Shown: positions 40,269 through 49,834, counted from the first letter of the stretch. The stretch is 64,000 nucleotides of DNA from Candidatus Pacearchaeota archaeon (GCA_026395815.1 JAPLXZ010000016.1:51698-115697); one strand, 5' to 3'. Notes: generated from the sequence alone by a model not told the origin. Translations and numbers: made by a program.

Positions 40269-40547
40269 TTAAATTAATTTTATTCCTAATCCCCTTTCTA
40301 AATTTTGTTTTATCCATTTTTGTTCTTCTCTTGAAGCAATTACAGACATCCTTGATTTTTCTTTATCTTTTACTACCATTACTGTTGAAGATAAATAATG
40401 ATATAAGTCTGTTTCTAAATCACCTAAGAGTTTAACTTGACCTATATAAAGAATATTCTGATTGTTAACTGAAGGTTTATCTACCTCTATCATTAAATCT
40501 TTCAAGTTCTCGTCTTTCGAGCCAACATAACTTTCAATAGTTATCAT
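40269..40547 (-). CDS. hypothetical protein between rpoE' and spt4
   Basis: 92-aa ORF abutting both neighbours. Confidence 0.35.
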   Translation of the reverse strand: MITIESYVGSKDENLKDLMIEVDKPSVNNQNILYIGQVKLLGDLETDLYHYLSSTVMVVKDKEKSRMSVIASREEQKWIKQNLERGLGIKLI

Positions 40548-40548
40548 T

Positions 40549-41157
40549 TTATTTCTTTTTCTTCTTTCCCCCCTTTACTGTTTTTTCTTCTGCCTTCAGA
40601 GCTTTTTGCTCTGCTTTCACTTTTTTTATTTGGTCTTCCTTAATCCATTCTAATTTTCCTAAGCCAGGCTGACGCATTGTTAATCCTATTTTAAGCTCTC
40701 CTCCCTTATGGCTTATCGCGACAATTCTTGCTAAGCATAAATCTCCTTGTTTCAAGCTTCTTTTATTCGCTTTTCCTATTAATGTGTTTGATTTGCTGAA
40801 GCTCACATAATCATCCATTGTTTGGCTTATGTGAATCATACCTTTCATAACTCCCATATCTATAAACGCCCCAAAATTTGTTATTTCTGAAACTACTCCA
40901 TAAACAAGCTCTTGAAGTTCAGGATGCCATGTAAGAAGTTTAAATCTTGAACGGTAATATGCAGCTCCATCTCCTGGAATAATCACGCCTTCTCCAACTT
41001 CAAGCACATCAATTACAGAAATAACTTTGCCAACTTCCTTGTCATAATATTCAACATAAGTCTCTTTAAGTTGTTTTTCGACGGATTCTACAGTAGGCAA
41101 ACCAAATAATTTTGGCTCTACTCGTATATAGTCTTCGACTTCAGTTAGATAGAACAT
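40549..41157 (-). CDS. rpoE: DNA-directed RNA polymerase subunit E' (Rpb7 homolog, S1 domain)
   Basis: MFYLTEVEDYIRVEPKLFG... N-terminal domain plus S1-like GDLCLARIVAISHKGGELKIGL. Confidence 0.85.
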   Translation of the reverse strand: MFYLTEVEDYIRVEPKLFGLPTVESVEKQLKETYVEYYDKEVGKVISVIDVLEVGEGVIIPGDGAAYYRSRFKLLTWHPELQELVYGVVSEITNFGAFIDMGVMKGMIHISQTMDDYVSFSKSNTLIGKANKRSLKQGDLCLARIVAISHKGGELKIGLTMRQPGLGKLEWIKEDQIKKVKAEQKALKAEEKTVKGGKKKKK

Positions 41158-41201
41158 TTTCTCAAAAATTATAATTGAAGTTGGTTTAAAAAGGTTACTT
41201 C

Positions 41202-41570
41202 TTACATCACTTCTAATTCCTTTTCCCCTCTTATTAACAAAATCGAGTTTTTAGTTTCGTTTTTTATCCCTGTATCTAATGTTGCAATTATATAATCCCT
41301 ATTTTTCTCAGCTAATTTTATTATTCCATTATCCACATTCTTGTTGCATAAATCAACTCTCTTGAATTCTTGGTTTTCCAAAATAACTAACGCGAGTTTT
41401 GCTTCCTGCTTTAGATTTCCCCTTCCTTGTCTTGAAAATTTTCTTATCTCATCTATTACCTCTGAAGGAATAATGATTTTCATTCCCATTAAAGGAATCT
41501 TTTCAAAAAAATCTATCTTCTTTCTTATGCACGACAGTATAAAGTTTGTATCTAAGATTGTATATTTCAT
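41202..41570 (-). CDS. PIN-domain protein (Fcf1/VapC-like)
   Basis: MKYTILDTNFIL..., conserved acidic positions, 122 aa, upstream of rpoE' as in conserved archaeal clusters. Confidence 0.65.
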   Translation of the reverse strand: MKYTILDTNFILSCIRKKIDFFEKIPLMGMKIIIPSEVIDEIRKFSRQGRGNLKQEAKLALVILENQEFKRVDLCNKNVDNGIIKLAEKNRDYIIATLDTGIKNETKNSILLIRGEKELEVM

Positions 41571-41654
41571 AGTAAATACAAGAAATTATGATATAAAAAC
41601 TCTTTGAAAATTTTGGAAAACAACATTTATTAACTATATTTTCTTTTTTCAATT

Positions 41655-42218
41655 ATGCAGGAAAAAGAGAATGTTTTAAGAATCCTTCAGGAAACAAAAA
41701 ATGCCATTAAGCAAAATGACGCTATCAAACTAAAGGTCTTGAGCAACCAGACAATTCATACTGCATCAATAACGCAGGACTCAGACAATGTTTTGGTTGC
41801 AGTTATTGTCTATTCTCTAAGCAAGATGATTGAAAGGCAGGAATATCAAAAATTTTCTGGTTGGGAGGATTTTTACAAAAAGATTATGTCTGCAATCGAA
41901 AACACAATTATTGCTATTAAAAAAAACGATGATGCAAAAATTCATGAAAACATGAGTTTGATAAGAGATGTTATAAATAAGGTCTCTGGAAAACTTAAAA
42001 GTTATATTCAGGATGTTTTTAGGAAGGCAGAGATAAACAAAGCATCAAAGATATACGAGCATGGTATTTCTATGGAGAAAACTGCAAATTTATTAGGGAT
42101 AAGTATATTTGAATTGGCGATTTATGCAGGACAAAAACAAGACATTTCTAATGCTCCATTGGGTTACACTATTGAAGTTAAAAAAAGAATTAAAACAATG
42201 GAAGATATGTTCAAATGA
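41655..42218 (+). CDS. hypothetical protein (first of a coupled triplet)
   Basis: 187 aa; its stop overlaps the next gene's start (ATGA). Confidence 0.45.
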   Translation: MQEKENVLRILQETKNAIKQNDAIKLKVLSNQTIHTASITQDSDNVLVAVIVYSLSKMIERQEYQKFSGWEDFYKKIMSAIENTIIAIKKNDDAKIHENMSLIRDVINKVSGKLKSYIQDVFRKAEINKASKIYEHGISMEKTANLLGISIFELAIYAGQKQDISNAPLGYTIEVKKRIKTMEDMFK

Positions 42219-42898
42219 ATCAGCAAAAGGCAATAATCTTTGATTCAAGCACACTGATAAATTTTGCAATGAATGGGCTACTTGAAGAATTTCGTGATTT
42301 AAAAAGAATGTTTGGAGGAAAGTTCCTTATAACAAAAGAAGTAAAATGGGAAATCATAGATAACCCCATGGAAATAAAAAGATTTGAACTTGAAGCATTA
42401 AAATTAAATGAATTGTTCTTGGAAAAAGTTCTTGAAATGCCGTCTTCTATCGGAATAGATGAAAAAACAGTTTCAAAAATGACACAGGAAATCAAAAATA
42501 TTGCAAATAATACATTTTTTGGTTATGGAAAAGGAATGGAAATCATTGCTCCTGGAGAATCTTCATGCTTAGCATTGAGCAAATTGCTCGACGAAAAAGG
42601 AATAAAACATGTAATAGCAGTAGACGAAAGAACAACGAGAATACTTGGAGAAAGGCCAGAAAATTTAGAAAAATTATTTCTAAAAAAAATGCATACAAAA
42701 ATAACAGCTAAGAAAGAAAATTTTAAATTTTTTAAGGAATTTAGATTCGTGCGTTCTGCTGAATTGATTTACATTGCTTATAAAAAAGGGATTATTAAAT
42801 TGAGAAATCATGATGTCTTGGATGCTCTGCTTTATGCTATGAAGTTTAACGGCTGTTCTATTTCTGATGAAGAAATAAGCGACATGAAAAAACTTTAA
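42215..42898 (+). CDS. hypothetical protein with PIN-like N-terminus
   Basis: KAIIFDSSTLINFA..., then ESSCLALS and VIAVDERTT, acidic residues at PIN-like spacing; 227 aa. Confidence 0.45.
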   Translation: MNQQKAIIFDSSTLINFAMNGLLEEFRDLKRMFGGKFLITKEVKWEIIDNPMEIKRFELEALKLNELFLEKVLEMPSSIGIDEKTVSKMTQEIKNIANNTFFGYGKGMEIIAPGESSCLALSKLLDEKGIKHVIAVDERTTRILGERPENLEKLFLKKMHTKITAKKENFKFFKEFRFVRSAELIYIAYKKGIIKLRNHDVLDALLYAMKFNGCSISDEEISDMKKL

Positions 42899-43293
42899 TG
42901 ATTTCTGATTATAACAGTCTTTTTAAGGTTAATTCTTTTATTATAAGAATGTATAAGGCTAAATATAAGAAACGAGTTAAGACAGATTCAAATTCTAAAA
43001 GGACAGTTTCTTCTTTATATGCAAAATTTAGTTTTTGGAATGAAACTGCTCCTAAAGAAAGAAGAGTGATTAGAGAAAGAATAAGTGATATTTCAAACGA
43101 GTTTGGTAGAGTTTGTGAGGAATATTGCCCACATTATAATCTAAGAATGGATACGATGTATGCAGGATTGCTTAGAAAAATATTCTTAAGCTTTGGTATT
43201 AATTTAAGTGTCAAAGAGGATGTTTCTCTTGAAGAGATGGTTTATTTAGATAAGATAAATCATTATATACTAACTGGAAAAAAGGAAAAATAG
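42898..43293 (+). CDS. hypothetical protein (third of the coupled triplet)
   Basis: 131 aa; its start overlaps the previous gene's stop (TAATG). Confidence 0.4.
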   Translation: MISDYNSLFKVNSFIIRMYKAKYKKRVKTDSNSKRTVSSLYAKFSFWNETAPKERRVIRERISDISNEFGRVCEEYCPHYNLRMDTMYAGLLRKIFLSFGINLSVKEDVSLEEMVYLDKINHYILTGKKEK

Positions 43294-43385
43294 CAAGATT
43301 AAAAAATCAACTACTTCTTGTAATTTTATATGCTCACGAGCTCACTCGCTTCAGGGGCGATTTAGAAAACTCGTGAACATCGTTC

Positions 43386-43456
43386 GGGTGCGTAGTTCAA
43401 CGTTAGAATATCTGGCTCCAGCCCAGAAGAAGGGGGTTAAATTCCCTCCGTGCCCA
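43386..43456 (+). tRNA. candidate tRNA-Trp (CCA) with non-canonical D- and T-loops
   Basis: 71-nt cloverleaf: acceptor GGGTGCG/CGTGCCC (two G-U pairs); D-arm GTTC-AACGTTA-GAAT, which lacks G18 and G19; anticodon stem TCTGG/CCAGA with loop CTCCAGC; T-arm GGGGG-TTAAATT-CCCTC, which lacks C56; discriminator A. It sits in a local GC-rich island. Confidence 0.4.
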
Positions 43457-43544
43457 TTCAGATATTAAAGCGCGGTTAGCAAAATTCGTAGAATTTTAGC
43501 CTCCGTGCCCATGTATAAAATAGTCAAATAAAACTTAGATAATT

Positions 43545-43751
43545 ATGAAAAAATTACCATTAATCTTTGGAGTTTTAATGATTGTAGCAGGATATTTTTG
43601 GTACAAACAAACAGCTGGAAATGAAAAATTATTTAATATCATCAATCTTGATATTTTTTCAAAGCCGCAGTTTGCGCCATTAGTTGTGATTCTTCTTGGA
43701 ATTACAGCTATTCTGTATGGCATATCATCTTACGAGAGATATAATCGTTAG
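43545..43751 (+). CDS. small membrane protein
   Basis: 68 aa with two TM helices. Confidence 0.35.
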   Translation: MKKLPLIFGVLMIVAGYFWYKQTAGNEKLFNIINLDIFSKPQFAPLVVILLGITAILYGISSYERYNR

Positions 43752-43829
43752 CGTATTATTAATCTGACACAATGGGAATATATAATCTATTACACAAAAG
43801 CTTAAAGACTTTAACTCTTTAGGTAAAAA

Positions 43830-44015
43830 ATGGTAAATTTTATTGTAAGTTTAATCACAAGGCATCCTTTAAGGGTGTTAGGAGCATTGATTCTCGGAAT
43901 AACCATCTTGATATTGGTGCTAACTGCCGTTATTCTAAACAGAACTGGAAAATCCGAAAGAACTGAAAATAGAACTCCAAAATATCCGAGTATATTAAAG
44001 AAAACTTTAGCTTAA
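43830..44015 (+). CDS. small membrane protein
   Basis: 61 aa with one TM helix. Confidence 0.3.
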   Translation: MVNFIVSLITRHPLRVLGALILGITILILVLTAVILNRTGKSERTENRTPKYPSILKKTLA

Positions 44016-45610
44016 GGAGCAAATATATTTGTTTCTTCTCCTCCACCTTGATTGATTGTCGCATCATCGTAAGTTTCATCTACTGTATCTCCTGGAGCCC
44101 TTGCATCAGGATCGTATAAGTCCGGATTAATTTGATTTAAATCTGGTTCAGGAAGAGGCTCCTCTGTATCAGTTCCACCCCCTGTTTTAACCCCCTGCTC
44201 ATCTCCTTCTACAACAACTCCTGCTTCTCCTCCTTCACCGTTAACTACTTTATCTCCTTTTATAACCACTCCTGCTTCTCCTCCACTAGGACCAGTTCCT
44301 TCAGCATATGTTCTTTCAACTATCTGATTTTCAATAACATTCATTTCTTCTTTCATTTCATTTACCACAGTTCGACCCTCTGTTCCATTAATATCAATAG
44401 TATGTTGTTCAGAAGCATTTTCAAAGTTTTCTATAATATTATCAATTTCATTTCCAATAAGATAATTTACTAAACCTTCTTCATTTCTAACAACAGTAAT
44501 TTTCCCACATTTTTCTTCTAAAAAATTATTATTTTCATCAAAACATTGGGGAATTGATTCTTGCATTGTTGGTTCTTTGTTTTCAGATCTTTTCCCTATA
44601 TAATTTCCATATTCATCCCAATCCTCATTTGTCTCTTTTAAATAATCATATTGTTCACATTCTGGTTTATTATTCTCATCCCAACACTCTTCAGGAACTC
44701 CATCTGAAGGTTGTATATCATAATCTATCATATCGGATTTGTTTATGAATAGATTCCTTAAGAAATCCGGAACAAAACTTTCTGCAAAACTATCTCCTTC
44801 TTTAGGCTCCATAGCTTTTAATTCACTGCAAGATGTTTCATCTTTATTATACTCACATTTAAGAGCTAAAGCAACCATCTTTTCACATTTTGCTTTTTGA
44901 GTAATATCAATATTCTCTTCACAATTGCATGTTCCTGGATCATTTATACAACTTCGAATATCCAACATTAATTTAACAAATGATTTTATTTGAATATCTT
45001 TTAATTCTTTTAATTCTTTTTCAAGCCCAGGAGAAGCAGTATCAGGATTACATACTTCTTCTTTTAACATTGTGTTATAGTCTTCTTGAGCTAATGCCTT
45101 GCAATATTCATACGTCTTTAATGTCAGCTCTGCAGCTAATTGCGTTTTTTCTTCCTGAAGTACATAACCATTAAATTGTGCTGAAAGACCATCTTTTTTA
45201 ATCTTATCTTTTATTTCTTCAACACTTGTTTTAACTTCCTCAGAAGTTTCTAAAGATACTTTTTCTTGAACAATTTCAAGTTTATCTTTAGCTTTCTCAA
45301 GATTTTTAATTGTGCTTTCAGTATCCTTCTTTTTTGCATTTTCTAAAGCAGAATTTACTTCTTTTTCTCTTATCTCTAAAGCTAATCTAACTTTGTTATC
45401 TCCCCTAGAAAGAAATAATTTAATATTATCAGTAAGTCTATTAAATCCTGAGTAATTATTCTTTCCAGAAAAAAATAATTTAAGATTATTAGTGAATCTA
45501 TTAAATCCTGAGTAAGTTTGAGCTGATACAAAAGGTATAGAAACAAATAATAAGATTATTACAATTAAAAGAGCAAATGATACTAGCCTCTTTTCCATAG
45601 AAAAATACAA
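44012..45610 (-). CDS. secreted Cys-rich repeat protein
   Basis: Signal peptide; N-terminal tandem 20-aa repeat YSGFNR(F/L)T(N/D)N(L/I)KLF; many Cys; C-terminal GEGGEAGVV(I/V)(K/E)GD repeats and an acidic tail. Confidence 0.6.
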   Translation of the reverse strand: MYFSMEKRLVSFALLIVIILLFVSIPFVSAQTYSGFNRFTNNLKLFFSGKNNYSGFNRLTDNIKLFLSRGDNKVRLALEIREKEVNSALENAKKKDTESTIKNLEKAKDKLEIVQEKVSLETSEEVKTSVEEIKDKIKKDGLSAQFNGYVLQEEKTQLAAELTLKTYEYCKALAQEDYNTMLKEEVCNPDTASPGLEKELKELKDIQIKSFVKLMLDIRSCINDPGTCNCEENIDITQKAKCEKMVALALKCEYNKDETSCSELKAMEPKEGDSFAESFVPDFLRNLFINKSDMIDYDIQPSDGVPEECWDENNKPECEQYDYLKETNEDWDEYGNYIGKRSENKEPTMQESIPQCFDENNNFLEEKCGKITVVRNEEGLVNYLIGNEIDNIIENFENASEQHTIDINGTEGRTVVNEMKEEMNVIENQIVERTYAEGTGPSGGEAGVVIKGDKVVNGEGGEAGVVVEGDEQGVKTGGGTDTEEPLPEPDLNQINPDLYDPDARAPGDTVDETYDDATINQGGGEETNIFAP

Positions 45611-45804
45611 GGAAATATACTATAAAAAACTATCTTGATTAATCAATTCCCTTGCTTTTTTGGTTCAACGCCCCACGATTACTTAATTCTAAGGATTAAC
45701 TCCCTGACGGTTTCCTCGTGATATTAAAAAATTCTAGGGATTAACTCTTTCCAATGGGCGTTTAATAGAGAAATGTTTAAATCTCCCCCTTACTTTTAGT
45801 TAAG

Positions 45805-46149
45805 ATGAAACTACTAACAAGAAAAAATGGAATTGGGGTATGTGTTATAGGGATTGCAATATTTTTACTTAATTTCTTAACATTAACCTTGTGGGATATT
45901 GACATTGATATTTTTGGTGCAGTGATTTTTGTTCTTGGTTTAGTTATTGTAATAGCCTGTGGAAATACTATGAAACATTCGTCAGAATGGTTAACAAGAA
46001 AAAATGGGGTATGGTTGTGTATAATTGCAGTAATGATAATACTCATAACAGGATATATCCCTTTTATAAATGGTGATGTTGGCGGTGGAATTGGTGCAAT
46101 TGTTTTTCTTTTAGGTATAATCCTTATCTTAGTAAGGTGGAATCACTAA
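45805..46149 (+). CDS. small membrane protein with internal duplication
   Basis: Two consecutive copies of an LTRKNG(I/V)-TM-TM unit. Confidence 0.5.
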   Translation: MKLLTRKNGIGVCVIGIAIFLLNFLTLTLWDIDIDIFGAVIFVLGLVIVIACGNTMKHSSEWLTRKNGVWLCIIAVMIILITGYIPFINGDVGGGIGAIVFLLGIILILVRWNH

Positions 46150-46209
46150 TGGCAAGGAATAAAGTATCTTTTTGGTAATTAAACTTTTACACACCACGAG
46201 GACAGGAAC

Positions 46210-47271
46210 TTAACCTCTCTTAATATGGTTTATTTTTTCTAGAATTTCCTTTGCCTTTTCTTCTCCAAGGACTTTAGCAATGTCTTCTTTTTGCGCCTCT
46301 AAAATTGATTTTAATGTTTTGAAATTTTTAATTAGAATTCCAACATCTCTTTCAGAAATTCCTATCTTTTCGAGGCTCCTATGTCCCTTTGCATGAATAA
46401 TATCAGAATCTTCTGACAAACCAAGACATTGTTTTATATTTTCCAGTTCTACAAGGTCATCATAGCTTAATGTAGGCAATATTCTTTTTGATTTTGTTAA
46501 TCCAATTTTTGAGTAATCTTTGATAACTTCATCAACTTCTTTTTCAACTTTGTGAAGCAATTCTTTTACTCGAGATTTTAATATTGCTCCTTCTACTCCA
46601 AGTTCTATTATGTATCTCTTAAGAGTTTCTGAAATCTTTAGAATCATTACTCCTCTTTGAATTAATAAAAGAGCTTTATTTAATGCTGGTTTTTTGTTTA
46701 ATTCTTCATCGTCAAGTTCTCTTTTATTTCTTTCAAAAACTTCTCTATGTTTTTCCAAAATTTGTAGTATCTCTGTTGCCCTTCTTATTATCTCATTGCT
46801 GTCTCTTACGACATATTTAAAATTTTTATAGAAAAGGGTTATCTCATCTCGTCTTTGAGATATAGCAATTACTATAGTATTCGCTTGTTTTGCTGTTCGC
46901 TCTGCTGCTTTGTGTCTTGTTCCTGTTTCATTAGAAGGAATTGAATTATTTGGAGTAAGAAGAACATTGGCGTATAAGATTTTTTTCAAATCTTTTGATA
47001 GAATTATTGCGCCGTCCATTTTGCTTAACTCAATTATTCTCTGGGGAGTGAATCTTGCATTAATTTTAAACCCTCCTTCAAATAAATTCTGAGTAAAATC
47101 ATTGTAAGCAACAATTAATCCCCCTGTCTTTGCTTTCTGTATACCTACAATTGCAGTTCTTAATAATGTTCCAGGAGAAATGCTTTTTAGAACATCTGTA
47201 ATTTCGTCTTTCTTAATCTCTGTTTTTCCTTCAACTAGTCTTATTTGAATCTCTTTTTTTTCCTCAGCCAT
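46210..47271 (-). CDS. disA: DisA-like diadenylate cyclase (DAC domain plus C-terminal helix-hairpin-helix)
   Basis: DAC motifs MDGAIIL and GTRHKAAER; the C-terminus GISERDVGILIKNFKTLKSIL is HhH-like. Confidence 0.6.
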   Translation of the reverse strand: MAEEKKEIQIRLVEGKTEIKKDEITDVLKSISPGTLLRTAIVGIQKAKTGGLIVAYNDFTQNLFEGGFKINARFTPQRIIELSKMDGAIILSKDLKKILYANVLLTPNNSIPSNETGTRHKAAERTAKQANTIVIAISQRRDEITLFYKNFKYVVRDSNEIIRRATEILQILEKHREVFERNKRELDDEELNKKPALNKALLLIQRGVMILKISETLKRYIIELGVEGAILKSRVKELLHKVEKEVDEVIKDYSKIGLTKSKRILPTLSYDDLVELENIKQCLGLSEDSDIIHAKGHRSLEKIGISERDVGILIKNFKTLKSILEAQKEDIAKVLGEEKAKEILEKINHIKRG

Positions 47272-47381
47272 CTCAAATCCAAAAAAATCACATCAGCATA
47301 ATTTAAATATCTTTATGTCTTGTTTTTTTTTTGAAAAAGATTTAAAAACTTAGGCTATTTCTCAAATTTTATAGAGGAAAA

Positions 47382-48782
47382 ATGAAAAAACAGGTGACAT
47401 TGAAAATCAAAAACAAAGAAGAGCATTTTAAGGAACAAACAAAAAAGATTAGTATAACAGAGGGTGCTGTAGCAAACGTGATGGACGGTGCTGGCTCCAG
47501 ATACATAACCCCATACGCTCTTGCTATTGGAGCCAATAATACCCAAATTGGTCTTCTGACTTCAATTCCCTCATTATTAGGAAACCTTTCCCAACTTTTT
47601 AGTTCAAGAGCAATTGAAAAATATTCAAGAAAAAAAATAGTAGTAATCAGTATTTTTTTGCAAGCGTTAATGTGGCTTCCAATGATTGCTGTTGGCTTTT
47701 TCTTTTTCAACAAAGGACTTAATCATGGCCTTAGCGCAAGTTTAATGATTATTTTCTATACTCTCTTCATTATCTTTGGAGCATTTCTTTCTCCTGCATG
47801 GAATTCTTTGATGAAAGACGTTGTTTCTAAAGAGACAGGGAAATATTTTGGAAAGAAAAATAAGATTGGCGGAGCAATATCTTTAGGAGTAATGTTATTA
47901 TGCGGTTTTATATTGAATTATTTCCAGGGAATAAATAATTTGTTCATCGGTTTTCTTATATTATTTGGAATTGCATTTATATCCAGATTAGTATCAGGCT
48001 ATCTTGCAACAAAATATTACGAACCAAAATTAAAATTTGGGAAAGATTATTATTTCACTTTTTGGCAATTTTTGAAAAAAATCCCAGAAAGCAATTTTGG
48101 AAAATTTACAGTATTTATTTCTCTTATAAACCTTGGAACAGCAATTGCTTCTCCTTTCTTTGCTGTTTACATGCTGAAAGACCTTAGTTTCACTTATACA
48201 ATTTGGACTATAATTGTAATTTCAAGTTCTTTAGGTTCATTATTTTCCATGCCTTTATGGGGAAAAATTGCAGATAAATATGGAAATCTGAAGGTTTTGC
48301 GTTTAACAGGTGTTTTTATCCCGCTTGTTCCTATTATGTGGCTCTTAACTCCTTGGATTATAAGAATTAATCCAACTGCTGTTATTATTTATCTTTTTGC
48401 AGCAGAGTTTATTTCAGGGCTTATTTGGGCAGGATTTAATCTTTCAACTGTTAATTTCATATACGATGCAGTTACAAGACAAAGAGTTGCTTTATGCGTT
48501 GCTTATTTCAATATTCTGAATGGCATTGGTGTTTTTATAGGAGCAACTCTTGGAGGATTTTTAGCTTCAATGAATATCAATATTTTTGGAATGAATTCAT
48601 TATTATTCATTTTCTTATTAAGTGGTATTTCAAGATTTATGGTTTATATTGTAATGATACCAAAGATAAAAGAAGTAAGAGAAGTAGAAAAATATGAGAA
48701 GGGTGGATTTCAAAAAGAATTTCAGAATAGTATATTCGGATTATCTAACAAAATAACAAGACCAAGGCCAGGCCCGCCCTAA
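47382..48782 (+). CDS. MFS transporter
   Basis: About 12 predicted TM segments, a two-halves architecture and the loop motif GKIADKYG. Confidence 0.75.
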   Translation: MKKQVTLKIKNKEEHFKEQTKKISITEGAVANVMDGAGSRYITPYALAIGANNTQIGLLTSIPSLLGNLSQLFSSRAIEKYSRKKIVVISIFLQALMWLPMIAVGFFFFNKGLNHGLSASLMIIFYTLFIIFGAFLSPAWNSLMKDVVSKETGKYFGKKNKIGGAISLGVMLLCGFILNYFQGINNLFIGFLILFGIAFISRLVSGYLATKYYEPKLKFGKDYYFTFWQFLKKIPESNFGKFTVFISLINLGTAIASPFFAVYMLKDLSFTYTIWTIIVISSSLGSLFSMPLWGKIADKYGNLKVLRLTGVFIPLVPIMWLLTPWIIRINPTAVIIYLFAAEFISGLIWAGFNLSTVNFIYDAVTRQRVALCVAYFNILNGIGVFIGATLGGFLASMNINIFGMNSLLFIFLLSGISRFMVYIVMIPKIKEVREVEKYEKGGFQKEFQNSIFGLSNKITRPRPGPP

Positions 48783-49522
48783 GTTAGATTTTTTATCTTA
48801 CCGAAGTCATAAACTTCATTTTTCTCTATGGCAAAAACTTCAAAATTCATTAATTTTTTTCTTGGAATTATTGAAAAATAATCTTCATACCCTTCACTTA
48901 ACTCATTAATTGTAGTTCCTTCTATTGTAGCAAGAAAGCTTGGAAGGATTATTATCTTTTTTCTATTAAAAGTTCCAACTAAAAAGCATTTGTATTTCTC
49001 TCTCTTTATGTTTTGGCTGTCAGAAAGAATAATTGAAGGGTGTATATGCCCAAAAATAATAGTTTTGATTTTCTTGTCGAATATTTCAATAAAAGATTTG
49101 TGTCCATGACAGAAAGCCAAATCATCTTCAATATAATAATCCTGCAACTTATCAGAAAAAGAGTAATCAATAGTATCATGATTTCCTTTTATTAGGATTA
49201 TCTCCTTTTCTTTTACATAATCCTTCAAAAAGTTTATAACTTCCCTGAAATAATTTTTTTCTTTCCATTCATAGGAAAAAGAATGTTTTATATCTCCAAT
49301 AAAAATAATTTTTTTAAGTTTGAATTTTTTTTCTTTTATTTCATCAAAAACTATTTTTAATTCTTCAATTACTTCCTTGATTTGATATTCTGGAATTAAG
49401 ACTCCGCTCTGCTGTATCTGGTATTCATAACCAAGATGCAAATCTCCTATTGCAAGAATTCCTTTTTCAGGAAAAAACAGAGTTTTGTTGATGAATATGT
49501 AATCATTATTCTTGTTTTTCAT
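48779..49522 (-). CDS. metallophosphoesterase
   Basis: GDLHLG, GDIKHS and GNHD motifs; the C-terminus has FGHIHP. Confidence 0.7.
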   Translation of the reverse strand: MKNKNNDYIFINKTLFFPEKGILAIGDLHLGYEYQIQQSGVLIPEYQIKEVIEELKIVFDEIKEKKFKLKKIIFIGDIKHSFSYEWKEKNYFREVINFLKDYVKEKEIILIKGNHDTIDYSFSDKLQDYYIEDDLAFCHGHKSFIEIFDKKIKTIIFGHIHPSIILSDSQNIKREKYKCFLVGTFNRKKIIILPSFLATIEGTTINELSEGYEDYFSIIPRKKLMNFEVFAIEKNEVYDFGKIKNLT

Positions 49523-49614
49523 ATAACTAAGAATATGGAAAATTTAAAAATCTAAGCATTAAATTTAAATACTAAAAAAATCTTTTATTATCATAAAAGG
49601 AGTGTGAAAGCAAA

Positions 49615-49800
49615 ATGTTGCCACAAGAAATGCACGGCATGCATAAATTCGGAGGTGCTGGAATACTTGTCCTTGGTTTGCTTGTATTAGCAAACTCTTA
49701 TTGGGCTTTTTTGAAATGGGGAGCATTCATAGGACTTGTTTTGATTTTAGCAGGATTATGCAAAATGCTTATGCTGTGTAAACACAAAAAAAGAAGATAA
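49615..49800 (+). CDS. small membrane protein
   Basis: 61 aa preceded by an AGGAG Shine-Dalgarno site. Confidence 0.3.
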   Translation: MLPQEMHGMHKFGGAGILVLGLLVLANSYWAFLKWGAFIGLVLILAGLCKMLMLCKHKKRR

Positions 49801-49834
49801 ATAGAGAAGCTGAAATAAGAATAAAGCTGTTATA

